DNA of 64,000 nucleotides from Gemmatimonadota bacterium. Its GTDB lineage: Bacteria > Gemmatimonadota > Gemmatimonadetes > Palauibacterales > Palauibacteraceae. Of this stretch, positions 53,557 through 62,947 are shown piece by piece. The first letter of the stretch is position 1. Each line of letters starts with the position of its first letter. Under the pieces are notes generated by a model. That model saw nothing but the letters and a program-made list of their open reading frames with translations. It had not been told where the DNA came from and ran no database searches. The stretch is from assembly GCA_965116475.1 (NCBI GenBank), contig OZ220691.1, positions 3,392,001 to 3,456,000 on the forward strand, read 5' to 3'. Both the position numbers and the translations under genes were made by a program.

Positions 53557-54672
53557 ATGATCGTTGGCGTTCCGAAGGAGATAAAGGCGGACGAAAGTCG
53601 TGTGGCCCTCGTGCCGGCGGGCGCGACCGCGCTCGTCGCGGCCGGACACACCGTGTGCATCGAACGCGACGCGGGCCTGCGCAGCGGTTTTCCGGATGAC
53701 AGGTACCTGGCCGCGGGGGCGGAGATCGCGGACTCGGCGGACGAGGTGTGGGACCGGGCCGAACTCATCGTCAAGGTCAAGGAGCCCATCGAATCCGAAT
53801 ACGCCCGGATGCGGGACGGCCAGGTCATCTTCACGTACTTCCACTTCGCGGCCGACGAACGCCTCACGCACCGTACGCTCGAGTGCGGCTGTATCGCGGT
53901 CGCCTACGAGACGGTCCAGCTGCCGACGGGCGAACTGCCGCTCCTCACGCCGATGTCCGAGGTGGCGGGGCGGATGGCGATCCAGCAGGCGGCCAAGAAC
54001 CTGGAACGCGTCGCGGGCGGGTACGGGATCCTCCTCGGCGGCGTGCCGGGGGTGCTCCCGGCCGAGGTCGTCATCCTCGGAGGAGGGGTCGTCGGGGCGA
54101 ATGCGGCGACGATCGCGGCGGGTTTCGGCGCCCACGTGACGGTCCTCGACGTGAATCTCCCGCGTCTCCGGTACCTCGCGGATGTCATGCCCGCCAACGT
54201 GAATACGCTCTACTCGAACCGCCACTCGATCCTCGAACAGATCGAACGCGCGGACGTCGTGATCGGCGCCGTGCTCGTGCCCGGCGGAAAGGCGCCGAAG
54301 CTGGTGCGGCACGACGATCTGCGGCGGATGAAGGACGGTTCCGTGATCGTCGACGTGGCCGTGGATCAGGGCGGCTGCGTGGAGTCCGCGCGCCCTACGA
54401 CGCACAACGACCCCACCTACACCGTCCACGGGGTCATCCACTACTGCGTGGCGAACATGCCGGGGGCCGTCCCGAGAACCTCCACGCTGGCCCTGACCAA
54501 CGCGACGTTCCCCTACGTGCTGCACCTGGCGAATCGAGGCTGGCAGGCGGCCTGTCACGAGGATCCGGACCTCGCGCTGGGGGTCAACATCGCGGGCGGA
54601 CGGGTCACGTACGAGGCCGTCGCGCAGGCGTTCGATCTCGAATACACGCCCCTCGAGGCGCTCTCCGCGTGA
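53557..54672 (+). CDS. ald: Alanine dehydrogenase
   Basis: [58 protein letters not shown]. Confidence 0.96.
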   Translation: MIVGVPKEIKADESRVALVPAGATALVAAGHTVCIERDAGLRSGFPDDRYLAAGAEIADSADEVWDRAELIVKVKEPIESEYARMRDGQVIFTYFHFAADERLTHRTLECGCIAVAYETVQLPTGELPLLTPMSEVAGRMAIQQAAKNLERVAGGYGILLGGVPGVLPAEVVILGGGVVGANAATIAAGFGAHVTVLDVNLPRLRYLADVMPANVNTLYSNRHSILEQIERADVVIGAVLVPGGKAPKLVRHDDLRRMKDGSVIVDVAVDQGGCVESARPTTHNDPTYTVHGVIHYCVANMPGAVPRTSTLALTNATFPYVLHLANRGWQAACHEDPDLALGVNIAGGRVTYEAVAQAFDLEYTPLEALSA

Positions 54673-54854
54673 CGCCGGGCGGCCGGGAGTCGGCGACGCC
54701 GCGAGGCGACTTTCCTGCGTCCGAAAGTACGTTTACATTTCGGCGTCCTTCACCCGGAGTGGCAGTTTCCGGTACGATTCGCCGCCTTGGAGGTGTCCCA
54801 CCCGTGTCCGTCAGCCCACCGATCCCGCGCCGGCCCGGAAGGGCGGCCTGCTAG

Positions 54855-55889
54855 ATGGGAACGTGGTCGCTGCGGGGCAACTTCCTGCCGATCAGCAAGA
54901 TCGGAGTGGACCTGGGGACCGCGAACACCCTCGTGCACGTCGAAGGCGAGGGCATCGTCCTCAACGAACCGTCCGTCGTTGCGGTCCGAAAGGAAACCGG
55001 CCGCATCGAGGGGATCGGCCTCGCCGCCAAGCGCATGCTCGGCCGCACCCCCAGCGGGATCGAGGCCGTTCGACCTCTGAAGGACGGCGTGATCGCCGAC
55101 GTGGACATCACCGAGATGATGATCCGCTACTTCCTCAAGGAAGTGATGACCACGCGGCTTTTCAAGATCCGGCCTCTCGTCGTCGTGGGCGTGCCGTCCG
55201 GCATCACGGAACTCGAACGCCGGGCCGTCCGGTCCAGCGCGCATGCCGCCGGCGCCAAGGAAGTCTACATGGTGGCGGAGCCGATGGCGGCGGCCGTCGG
55301 CGTCGGACTTCCGGTGGAGACGCCGACGGGCAACATGATCATCGATGTCGGGGGCGGGACGAGCGAGATCGCGGTGATCGCCCTTTCGGGATCCGTCGCG
55401 GACACTTCGATCCGGGTCGGCGGCGACGAGCTGGACTCCACGATCGTCTCCTTCCTCCGCAAGAACTACAACCTCCTCATCGGCGAACCCACGGCGGAGG
55501 CCGTCAAGATCCAGATCGGATCGGCGTATCCGACGGACGACGACAAGGAGATGCTCGTCAAGGGGCGGGATCTCGTCTCCGGCATTCCGAAGACCGTGCG
55601 GGTGCATTCGGCCGAGGTCCGCGAGTGTCTTCAGGAACCGATCCAGCAGATCGTCGCCGCGGTGCGGAGAGCGCTGGAGATCACGCCACCGGAACTTGCC
55701 TCCGATATCGTGGACCGGGGCGTCGTCATGACGGGGGGCGGCGCCCTCGTGCGGGGGCTGGATACGCTGCTGGGCGAAGAAACGGGACTCCCGATCCATG
55801 TCGATGCGGAACCGCTGACCTGTGTCGTGCGGGGCTGCGGGAAGATCCTCGAGGAATTCGGACGGTATCGTGGAGTTCTCACGAGTTGA
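54855..55889 (+). CDS. mreB: Rod shape-determining protein MreB
   Basis: DLGTANT, NEPSVVA, DVGGGTSE, TGGGAL; upstream TTCACC-N18-TACGAT. Confidence 0.97.
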   Translation: MGTWSLRGNFLPISKIGVDLGTANTLVHVEGEGIVLNEPSVVAVRKETGRIEGIGLAAKRMLGRTPSGIEAVRPLKDGVIADVDITEMMIRYFLKEVMTTRLFKIRPLVVVGVPSGITELERRAVRSSAHAAGAKEVYMVAEPMAAAVGVGLPVETPTGNMIIDVGGGTSEIAVIALSGSVADTSIRVGGDELDSTIVSFLRKNYNLLIGEPTAEAVKIQIGSAYPTDDDKEMLVKGRDLVSGIPKTVRVHSAEVRECLQEPIQQIVAAVRRALEITPPELASDIVDRGVVMTGGGALVRGLDTLLGEETGLPIHVDAEPLTCVVRGCGKILEEFGRYRGVLTS

Positions 55890-55916
55890 CGCCGAGCGCC
55901 TGCTGAATCGCCGCCC

Positions 55917-56810
55917 GTGAGTTTTCAGGGCGTCCGGCCGCCGGGTCGCGGGCCGCTCGATGTCGTCATTTTTTCCCTTGCCCTCATCCTCAGCGGCATC
56001 GCCGCGGGTCTGCCCAGCGCGCAGCAGAGCCAGGTGGAGTCTGCCGTGCGCGCCACCGCGCTCCAACCGTTCCTGCTGCTCCATCGCCTCGCCGCCGAGC
56101 GGGGACAGGTCGAGAGCCGCGTCGAGGGCCTGCTGGCGGAGCGGGACTCCCTCACGGAACTCCTGCTGCGCTACCGGGACCGCACGGCGCCGGTCAAGGA
56201 CGCGTCGCCCGCGCGGGATCTCGCAACGCTCCCGGCGGGCTCGGCCGCGCCGGCGGTGGTCTACCCGGGGCGCCCCCGCGTCGGCAATCCGGATCTGTTC
56301 GTGTTGTCGGGACCGGACTTCGGCGGTCGCGAGTTTCCCGTCGGCGTCTTTACCGGCATCGGACTGGTCGGGGTCGTGCGAGCCCCGCACGGACGGGGGG
56401 GAAGGGGTGAATTCTGGAGCCATCCCGACTTCCGGGTCAGCGTGCTCGCGGAAGCGGAGGGCGTGTCGGGCTTCGTGCGGCCGCTGCGCGCGGACGGGGG
56501 GCAGCCCGTGCTCCTCCTCGAGGGCGCGCCCTTCCAGGCGGACATCCCGGTCGGAACCCTGCTCGTCACGACGGGGATCGCCGGCGTCTATCCGCCGGGC
56601 GTGCCGGTGGGGCGCATCCGCGAACCCGGCGAGCCGGAGGCGGGCTGGATGAAGCGCTACGTCGTCGAGCCTGCCGTGCGTCCGGAAGAAGTCAGGGACG
56701 TATTCGTGTGGAATCGGCCGGCGTTACCGGCAGACGTCGAGGCGGACACGGCGTCCGTCCCGGCGGAACCCGAACCTGCGCCGGCGGACACGGCTTCGGC
56801 CCTTCGATGA
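55917..56810 (+). CDS. mreC: Rod shape-determining protein MreC
   Basis: TM + coiled coil, GLVGVV, LVTTGIAGVYPPGVPVG; position after mreB. Confidence 0.88.
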   Translation: MSFQGVRPPGRGPLDVVIFSLALILSGIAAGLPSAQQSQVESAVRATALQPFLLLHRLAAERGQVESRVEGLLAERDSLTELLLRYRDRTAPVKDASPARDLATLPAGSAAPAVVYPGRPRVGNPDLFVLSGPDFGGREFPVGVFTGIGLVGVVRAPHGRGGRGEFWSHPDFRVSVLAEAEGVSGFVRPLRADGGQPVLLLEGAPFQADIPVGTLLVTTGIAGVYPPGVPVGRIREPGEPEAGWMKRYVVEPAVRPEEVRDVFVWNRPALPADVEADTASVPAEPEPAPADTASALR

Positions 56811-57268
56811 GTTCGGCGGGGAAGTGGTTCGTCGTCGCGCTGCTGCTGATCCTGCACTTCGCCCTGCATCCGCTCTGGAGCCGGTGGCCGATCGCGCCGG
56901 ACCTCGCGGCGGGCGGGTTGATTCTGAGCTCGCTTCAGCTTCGGTGGGGACGGGGGGCCGGCTTCGGGTGCGTGATCGGCCTCATGGAAGCGTCGATCTC
57001 ACTGGGACCGATGGGCCTCACGATGTTACTCTTTTCCCTGACGGGGGCGCTCGTCGGCTGGGTGCGGCACCTGATCTACTCGGATTCGGATTACGCGACG
57101 CCGGTGTTCGTATTTTCCGGCACGTGGCTGCTGCGGCTTGCGGTCACGGTCTTTGTCGTCGGAGACGCGTCGGCGGAGGCCCTGCTCGTCCACGGCGCTG
57201 GATCGGCCGTCCTGACCACGGCGGTGTGCTGGGCCGCGACGAGGCTGGTTTCGGCGGTCACGAGGTGA
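56807..57268 (+). CDS. mreD: MreD-like membrane protein
   Basis: Five hydrophobic segments, PDL motif; position between mreC and mrdA. Confidence 0.8.
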   Translation: MSSAGKWFVVALLLILHFALHPLWSRWPIAPDLAAGGLILSSLQLRWGRGAGFGCVIGLMEASISLGPMGLTMLLFSLTGALVGWVRHLIYSDSDYATPVFVFSGTWLLRLAVTVFVVGDASAEALLVHGAGSAVLTTAVCWAATRLVSAVTR

Positions 57269-57278
57269 AGGGGAGGAT

Positions 57279-59117
57279 GTGAAGGGCGACAACGAACACC
57301 GCTCGATCCGAAGACAGCGGGGCCGCTGGGCGGCGGGCGCGATCTTCTTCTGCCTCTCGGTCGTCGCCGCCGGGTTCGTCAACCTCCAGATCTTCAGCAG
57401 CGAGTTGTACACGCTACTCTCGAGCGAGAACCGGTTGCGGACCATCTCGGTGCCGGCCCCGCGCGGGACCATCTACGACCGGTACGGACGGGTCATCGCG
57501 GATAATGTGCCGGGCTACGATGTGTCGATGCTGCCCGGGCCCCCGGACTCCATCTCCGCCGGACTCGATCGCCTCGCGGAGCGGCTGGACCTGTCCCCCG
57601 AGCGGCGCGCCGCGCTGCTGTCTCGCAATCGGGAACGTCCCGGCGAGGCTCTGGTCGTGCGTGAGAACGCGAACTTCGAACAGGTCGCGTTCATCGAGGA
57701 ACGTCGACCCCGGTTCCGGCGCGTCGTGGTGGATCAGAGGCCGCGCCGGCGCTATCCGGCGGGGCCCGCCGTCGCGCACATGGTCGGATACGTGGGGGAG
57801 ATCAGCCCGGAGGAACTGACTCGACCCGAGTACGCGGACTACGCATCCGGCCAGTCGATCGGGAAGACGGGGCTGGAGCAGCAGTACGAGCAGATGCTCG
57901 CCGGGCGGGACGGGATCCGGTACACGGAAGTGAACGCTTTGGGTTCCGTCGTGCGGGATCTCGGAGTGGCGCAGGCGCAGGTTCCGGTGCCCGGCGATGA
58001 TCTGCATCTCGGCATCGATCTCGACCTGCAGGTATATGCGGATTCGGTATTTCCGGAAGGGATGCGGGGCGGTGTCGTGGCGCTGGATCCGGTCACCGGA
58101 GAGGTGCTCCTGCTCTACAGCCACCCCACGTTCGACCCCAACGCCTTCATCGGCGGCATCCCCCTGGATCTGTGGAATTCGCTTCGCGAACACCCGGACC
58201 AGCCGCTGCTGGATCGGGTATCCAACGCTTCGTACCCTCCGGGATCCACGTGGAAGCTCGTCATGTCCGCCATCGGGATGAAGACGGCCGGCCTCACGAT
58301 CGACACCTACCACACGCACGCATGCAGCGGCCAGCTCACGTACTACACCCGCCGCTTTCGCTGCTGGCTGTCGAGCGGACACGGCCGGCTGAACCTCTCC
58401 GAAGCGATCAAGCACTCCTGCAACGTCTGGTTCTACCAGGCGGGGCAGCGGATCGGTCTCGACCCGCTCCTCGCCGGGGTCGGGCAGTTCGGCTTCGGGC
58501 GCACGACGGGGATCGACCTCCCGGTCGAGAGGGTGGGCGTCTTCCCCGATTCCAGGCAGTGGTACGACGAACAGCTCGGGCCCGGGGCGTGGACGGAAGC
58601 CGTCGTGTGGAACCTCGCGATCGGGCAGGGCGAGAACGCGCAGACCCTGCTCGCGATGGCCCAGTTCTACGCGGCGCTGGCGACGGGAAGGGCGCCCGTC
58701 AGACCCCACGTGGTGCGGGACGAGATGCTCGCGCAGCAGCGCGCGGACTGGACGCTGGACCTCCCTGAGATGCAGCGGCGCCAACTCGTCGATGCGCTGG
58801 CGCGTGTCGTGAACGAGCCCGGGGGCACCGCGTACGGCAGCCGCCTGGCCCGCTGGACGCTGGCCGGCAAGACCGGCACGGCCCAGAATCCGCACGGCCC
58901 GCCCCATTCCTGGTTCGTGGGGTTCGCGCCCGCCTGGGATCCCCGCATCGTGGTCGCGGCGATCGTGGAGCACGGGCACCCGGATGGAGCCCCGTCGCTC
59001 GCCGTGCCGCTCGCGTCCGGGATCGTGGACCGCCACCTGGAGACGCTCGGGCTGTCGCCGGAGGAAATGCCGGGCGTGCGTCCGATGGAAACGCTTCGGG
59101 TGCCGGCCGGCGGATGA
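57279..59117 (+). CDS. mrdA: Penicillin-binding protein 2
   Basis: APRGTIYDR, GKTGLE, YPPGSTWK (SxxK), SCN, KTGTAQ. Confidence 0.95.
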   Translation: MKGDNEHRSIRRQRGRWAAGAIFFCLSVVAAGFVNLQIFSSELYTLLSSENRLRTISVPAPRGTIYDRYGRVIADNVPGYDVSMLPGPPDSISAGLDRLAERLDLSPERRAALLSRNRERPGEALVVRENANFEQVAFIEERRPRFRRVVVDQRPRRRYPAGPAVAHMVGYVGEISPEELTRPEYADYASGQSIGKTGLEQQYEQMLAGRDGIRYTEVNALGSVVRDLGVAQAQVPVPGDDLHLGIDLDLQVYADSVFPEGMRGGVVALDPVTGEVLLLYSHPTFDPNAFIGGIPLDLWNSLREHPDQPLLDRVSNASYPPGSTWKLVMSAIGMKTAGLTIDTYHTHACSGQLTYYTRRFRCWLSSGHGRLNLSEAIKHSCNVWFYQAGQRIGLDPLLAGVGQFGFGRTTGIDLPVERVGVFPDSRQWYDEQLGPGAWTEAVVWNLAIGQGENAQTLLAMAQFYAALATGRAPVRPHVVRDEMLAQQRADWTLDLPEMQRRQLVDALARVVNEPGGTAYGSRLARWTLAGKTGTAQNPHGPPHSWFVGFAPAWDPRIVVAAIVEHGHPDGAPSLAVPLASGIVDRHLETLGLSPEEMPGVRPMETLRVPAGG

Positions 59118-60328
59118 TCGACCGCCTGCGCATCCCCGGAGTGGGCGATCCGGTGCTTCTCGGGCTGGTCCTGTTCATGACCGGGCTCGGGATCGCGATG
59201 ATCTACTCGGCCGGGCAGGTCGACGTGCAGTCGCTGGCCACCGGCATCTGGGTCCGCCAGCTCTACTGGTTCGGCGTGGCGATCGTCGCCCTGGCCGTGA
59301 CCTCCCGTTTCTCGCTGCGTTTCCTCGAATGGCTGGCCCCGTGGGTGTACGGGATCACGATCCTCCTCCTCGTCCTGGTGTTCTTCGTCGGGACGGGCCC
59401 GAACGGGAGCTGGCTCGAACTCGGCCCCGGGCGGCTGCAGCCGGCGGAAGTCGCGAAGCTGGGGACGATCCTCATGCTGGCGCGCGTGATGGGAGGCGCG
59501 CGTGGACCGTTCGAGCGACTGGTGGAGCTCTGGATGCCCGGCGTCATCACGCTCGTCCCGTTCGTCCTCGTGCTGCTGCAACCGGACCTCGGGAGCGCGA
59601 TGATCTTCGGGGCGCTCTTCCTCGCGGCGCTGTTCTGGAGCGGCGTCCCGTTGCCCAAGATCTTCCTGCTCGCGTCGCCGGGCCTAAGTCTCCTGCTCGG
59701 CTTCAACTGGATCGCCTGGGGCCTGGGATTCCTCATCGTCGCGGCCTGCCTGTACGTGCACCGCCTCTTCATCCTGGAGGCGGTGGGGGTGCTCCTCGCC
59801 AACGTCTTCGCGGGCGCGCTCACGCTCCGCATATGGGATTCGCTGGCCGACTATCAGCGGAACCGGCTCCTCGTCTTCCTGGATCCGGAGATCGATCCCC
59901 TCGGCGCCGGCTGGCATCTCATCCAGTCGAAGGTCGCCATCGGCTCCGGCGGACTCATCGGCGCCGGCTTCGCCAACGGCCCGCAGAAGCGGCTCGCCTT
60001 CCTCCCCGAGCAGCATACGGACTTCATCTTCTCCGTCGTCGGAGAGGAGTTCGGATTCATCGGCGTGATGCTGTTCCTCGTGCTCTTCGCCTTCCTCCTC
60101 TGGCGCGTGCTTCGGGTGGCATCCTCGATGGACGACGGGTTCGGAAGCCTGATCGCATTCTGCCTGTTTGCGGTCCTCCTGACGCACATCGCGGTCAACC
60201 TCGGGATGGCGGTCGGCATGATGCCGGTGACCGGACTGCCCTTGCCGCTCCTCAGCTACGGGGGGAGCTTCCTGCTCGTGCTCTACGCGGGTTTCGGAGT
60301 CGTCCAGCGCGTGGCCTGGGAGGCCTGA
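59114..60328 (+). CDS. rodA: SEDS glycosyltransferase RodA
   Basis: QPAEVAK, LQPDLG, QSKVAIGSGG, PEQHTDFIF, LSYGGS. Confidence 0.95.
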   Translation: MIDRLRIPGVGDPVLLGLVLFMTGLGIAMIYSAGQVDVQSLATGIWVRQLYWFGVAIVALAVTSRFSLRFLEWLAPWVYGITILLLVLVFFVGTGPNGSWLELGPGRLQPAEVAKLGTILMLARVMGGARGPFERLVELWMPGVITLVPFVLVLLQPDLGSAMIFGALFLAALFWSGVPLPKIFLLASPGLSLLLGFNWIAWGLGFLIVAACLYVHRLFILEAVGVLLANVFAGALTLRIWDSLADYQRNRLLVFLDPEIDPLGAGWHLIQSKVAIGSGGLIGAGFANGPQKRLAFLPEQHTDFIFSVVGEEFGFIGVMLFLVLFAFLLWRVLRVASSMDDGFGSLIAFCLFAVLLTHIAVNLGMAVGMMPVTGLPLPLLSYGGSFLLVLYAGFGVVQRVAWEA

Positions 60329-61165
60329 GTGTCCTGGTTCAGCAAACCGAAGCGCAAGCTGGTTTCACAGAAGCGTGAGCTCCCGGGCGACGTGTGGGAC
60401 CGGTGCGCCGGGTGCGGCGAGATCCTCTACAGCGGGCGGCTGGAGGAGAACCTCCATGTCTGTCCGAACTGCGGCCATCACTTCCGCATCACCGCGGAGT
60501 CCTACGAGGCCATGCTGCTCGACGGCGGTAGTCTCGCGGAACTCCACGACGAGCACCTGCGCTCCGCCGACCCGCTGGGATTCGTCGATTCTCGCAGCTA
60601 CGCCGAACGCATCGCGCAGGCGGAGCAGCGCGGCGGCGATCAGGATGCGATCCGCACGGGGCGCGGCGAGATCGGAGGCCGGGAAGTCCACCTCGGGACC
60701 ATGGACTTCCGTTTCATCGGGGGGTCGATGGGGTCGGTGGTGGGCGAGAAGATCCGCCGACTCGCCGACCGCTCCCTCGAGCGGCGGGTGCCGCTCATCA
60801 TCATCTCCGCTTCCGGCGGCGCGCGGATGCAGGAGGGGATTCTCTCCCTCATGCAGATGGGAAAGACGGCGGCCGCGCTCGAGCAGCTCGCGGGTGCCGG
60901 CATCCCCTACTTGAGCGTCCTCACGAACCCGACCACGGGCGGGGTGACGGCGTCATACGCGATGCTTGGGGATGTGATTCTTGCGGAACCCGGCGCCCTG
61001 ATCGGCTTTGCCGGCCCGCGCGTGATCAAGGAGACGATCCGGCAGGACCTTCCGGAGGGATTTCAGACCGCGGAGTTCCTGGAGGAGCACGGGATGATCG
61101 ACCGCATCGTCCCGCGTCCGGAGATGCGCGGCGCCCTCGCGAACCTCCTGGACCACATGTGCTGA
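60329..61165 (+). CDS. accD: Acetyl-CoA carboxylase carboxyltransferase beta subunit
   Basis: C4 zinc finger, GGSMGSVVGE, SGGARMQEG, PTTGGVTAS, GFAGPRVI. Confidence 0.96.
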   Translation: MSWFSKPKRKLVSQKRELPGDVWDRCAGCGEILYSGRLEENLHVCPNCGHHFRITAESYEAMLLDGGSLAELHDEHLRSADPLGFVDSRSYAERIAQAEQRGGDQDAIRTGRGEIGGREVHLGTMDFRFIGGSMGSVVGEKIRRLADRSLERRVPLIIISASGGARMQEGILSLMQMGKTAAALEQLAGAGIPYLSVLTNPTTGGVTASYAMLGDVILAEPGALIGFAGPRVIKETIRQDLPEGFQTAEFLEEHGMIDRIVPRPEMRGALANLLDHMC

Positions 61166-62475
61166 CCGGGGGCAGGGACGCCCTCGCGACCCTGCTGGAT
61201 CCCCGCCCGATCACCGGAATCCGCTGGGGTCTCGACCGAATCGAAGCGCTCCTGGCGGAACTGGGCCGGCCCGAGAGGATGTTCGACGCCCTTCACATTG
61301 CGGGTACGAACGGCAAGGGGTCGACCGCGTGCTTCGCGGCGTCGATGCTCGAGGAGGGCGGGGCCCGCACGGGCCTCTACACTTCGCCGCACCTCGAGGA
61401 CGTTCGGGAGCGGTTTCTGATCGACGGGGCCCGGGTGGAGGAGTCGGCGCTCCAGTCCGCCGCCGCCCGCGTCCTCGGTTGCGGGACCGCCGCGGCCTGC
61501 ACGTACTTCGAGCTGGCCACCGCGCTCGCCTTCACCTGCTTCGCGGAGTGCGGCGTGGAGGTGGCGGTCGTCGAGACCGGCCTCGGAGGCCGCCTCGACG
61601 CGACGAACGTGCTGCGCCCCGCCGGCACGGCGATCACGCCGATCGGCCTCGACCACACGGAATGGCTCGGCGGATCGCTCGAGGCGATCGCGAGGGAGAA
61701 GGGGGGGATCTTCAAGCCGGACGCGCCGGCCTGCCTGGGCCGCATCGACCCGCTTCCGCTCGCCGCGCTCGAGCGGGCCGCACGCGGCGTCGGAGCACCG
61801 GTCGCGCGCCTCGGTAGAGACGCTGAAGTATCGGATGTCGAGGTGCGCACCGATCCGGCGGAGACGCACTTCCGGTATGTTTCGAGGTCACGTCCCGAGG
61901 GGGTGCGGCTCGCGACCCGCCTCCCGGGCCGACACCAGGCCGACAACGCGGCGCTGGCCCTCCTGCTGCTGGACCGCTCCGGCTATCCGCCGGACGAAGG
62001 CTCCGTGCGCCGCGGGGTCGCGCGCGCGCGCTTGGCCGGCCGTTTCGAGGTCCGGCCTCCGCGGGACGGACGCCCGGGCTGCGTGTTCGATATCGCGCAC
62101 AATCCGGCCGCCATCGCGGCACTCTGCGAGACGCTGGCGGAGCTGTCGCTGGCGCGGCCGCTCGTCGCCGTGGTCGGGATGCTGGCGGACAAGGACTGGA
62201 AGCGGACGCTGGCCCGGCTCGCGCTTGACAGCGACACTATGATTCTGACCCGACCCGCCGTTCCCGCGGAGAGACGGTGGGACCCGTCCCGGGCGCGCGA
62301 GTGGCTGTCGCGTGAACGGGGTGTCGAAGCGATAGTGTTCAGGGACGTGGCCGGGGCGGTCTCACGCGGACTGACGCTTGCCGGTTCGGGAACGCTGCTG
62401 GTCACGGGATCCGCAACTACCGTCGGCGAGGCCCGGTCATTGCCGGAACTTGCCGGCGAACGGACAGGAGAATGA
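61159..62475 (+). CDS. folC: Folylpolyglutamate synthase/dihydrofolate synthase
   Basis: HIAGTNGKGS, YTSPHL, ETGLGGRLDATN, DIAHNP, VTGS. Confidence 0.94.
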   Translation: MLTGGRDALATLLDPRPITGIRWGLDRIEALLAELGRPERMFDALHIAGTNGKGSTACFAASMLEEGGARTGLYTSPHLEDVRERFLIDGARVEESALQSAAARVLGCGTAAACTYFELATALAFTCFAECGVEVAVVETGLGGRLDATNVLRPAGTAITPIGLDHTEWLGGSLEAIAREKGGIFKPDAPACLGRIDPLPLAALERAARGVGAPVARLGRDAEVSDVEVRTDPAETHFRYVSRSRPEGVRLATRLPGRHQADNAALALLLLDRSGYPPDEGSVRRGVARARLAGRFEVRPPRDGRPGCVFDIAHNPAAIAALCETLAELSLARPLVAVVGMLADKDWKRTLARLALDSDTMILTRPAVPAERRWDPSRAREWLSRERGVEAIVFRDVAGAVSRGLTLAGSGTLLVTGSATTVGEARSLPELAGERTGE

Positions 62476-62481
62476 CAAGAG

Positions 62482-62904
62482 ATGCTGTACGATCCCAGGC
62501 TGGTACAACCGATGCGAGACGAACTCACCCGCCTCGGCGTGCGTGAGCTCAGGACCTCCGATGAAGTGGACGACGCCCTCGGGGCCGGCGGGGAGACGCT
62601 GGTCGTCGTGAACTCCGTCTGCGGCTGCGCGGCGCGCAACGCGCGGCCCGCCGTGGCGATGGCGATGGGCCACGGACAGCAGCCCGACCGCGTCGTCACG
62701 GTCTTCGCCGGGCAGGACGTGGAGGCGACGGCGCGCGCGCGGCAGTACTTTACCGGCGTCCGACCCTCTTCGCCCTCCCTCGCGCTGCTCTCGAACGGCG
62801 AACTGCAGTTCATGCTCGAGCGGCATCAGATCGAGGGCCGCGAGGCGCGCGACATCGCGGCCGACCTCACAAAGGCGTACGACCAATACTGCGCGACGAG
62901 CTAG
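62482..62904 (+). CDS. BrxA/BrxB family bacilliredoxin
   Basis: VNSVCGCAA..ARP, TVFAGQD.EAT..AR, PSSPS, ERHQIEG. Confidence 0.9.
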   Translation: MLYDPRLVQPMRDELTRLGVRELRTSDEVDDALGAGGETLVVVNSVCGCAARNARPAVAMAMGHGQQPDRVVTVFAGQDVEATARARQYFTGVRPSSPSLALLSNGELQFMLERHQIEGREARDIAADLTKAYDQYCATS

Positions 62905-62947
62905 CGGCGCGGGTTTCCTGCGGCGGGCCGCCGACGCGCTACGGCCC

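Noticed and set aside
62225..62243. TTGACA and TATGAT inside folC as a promoter for the bacilliredoxin gene
   Set aside because: Spacer is only 7 bp, incompatible with sigma70.
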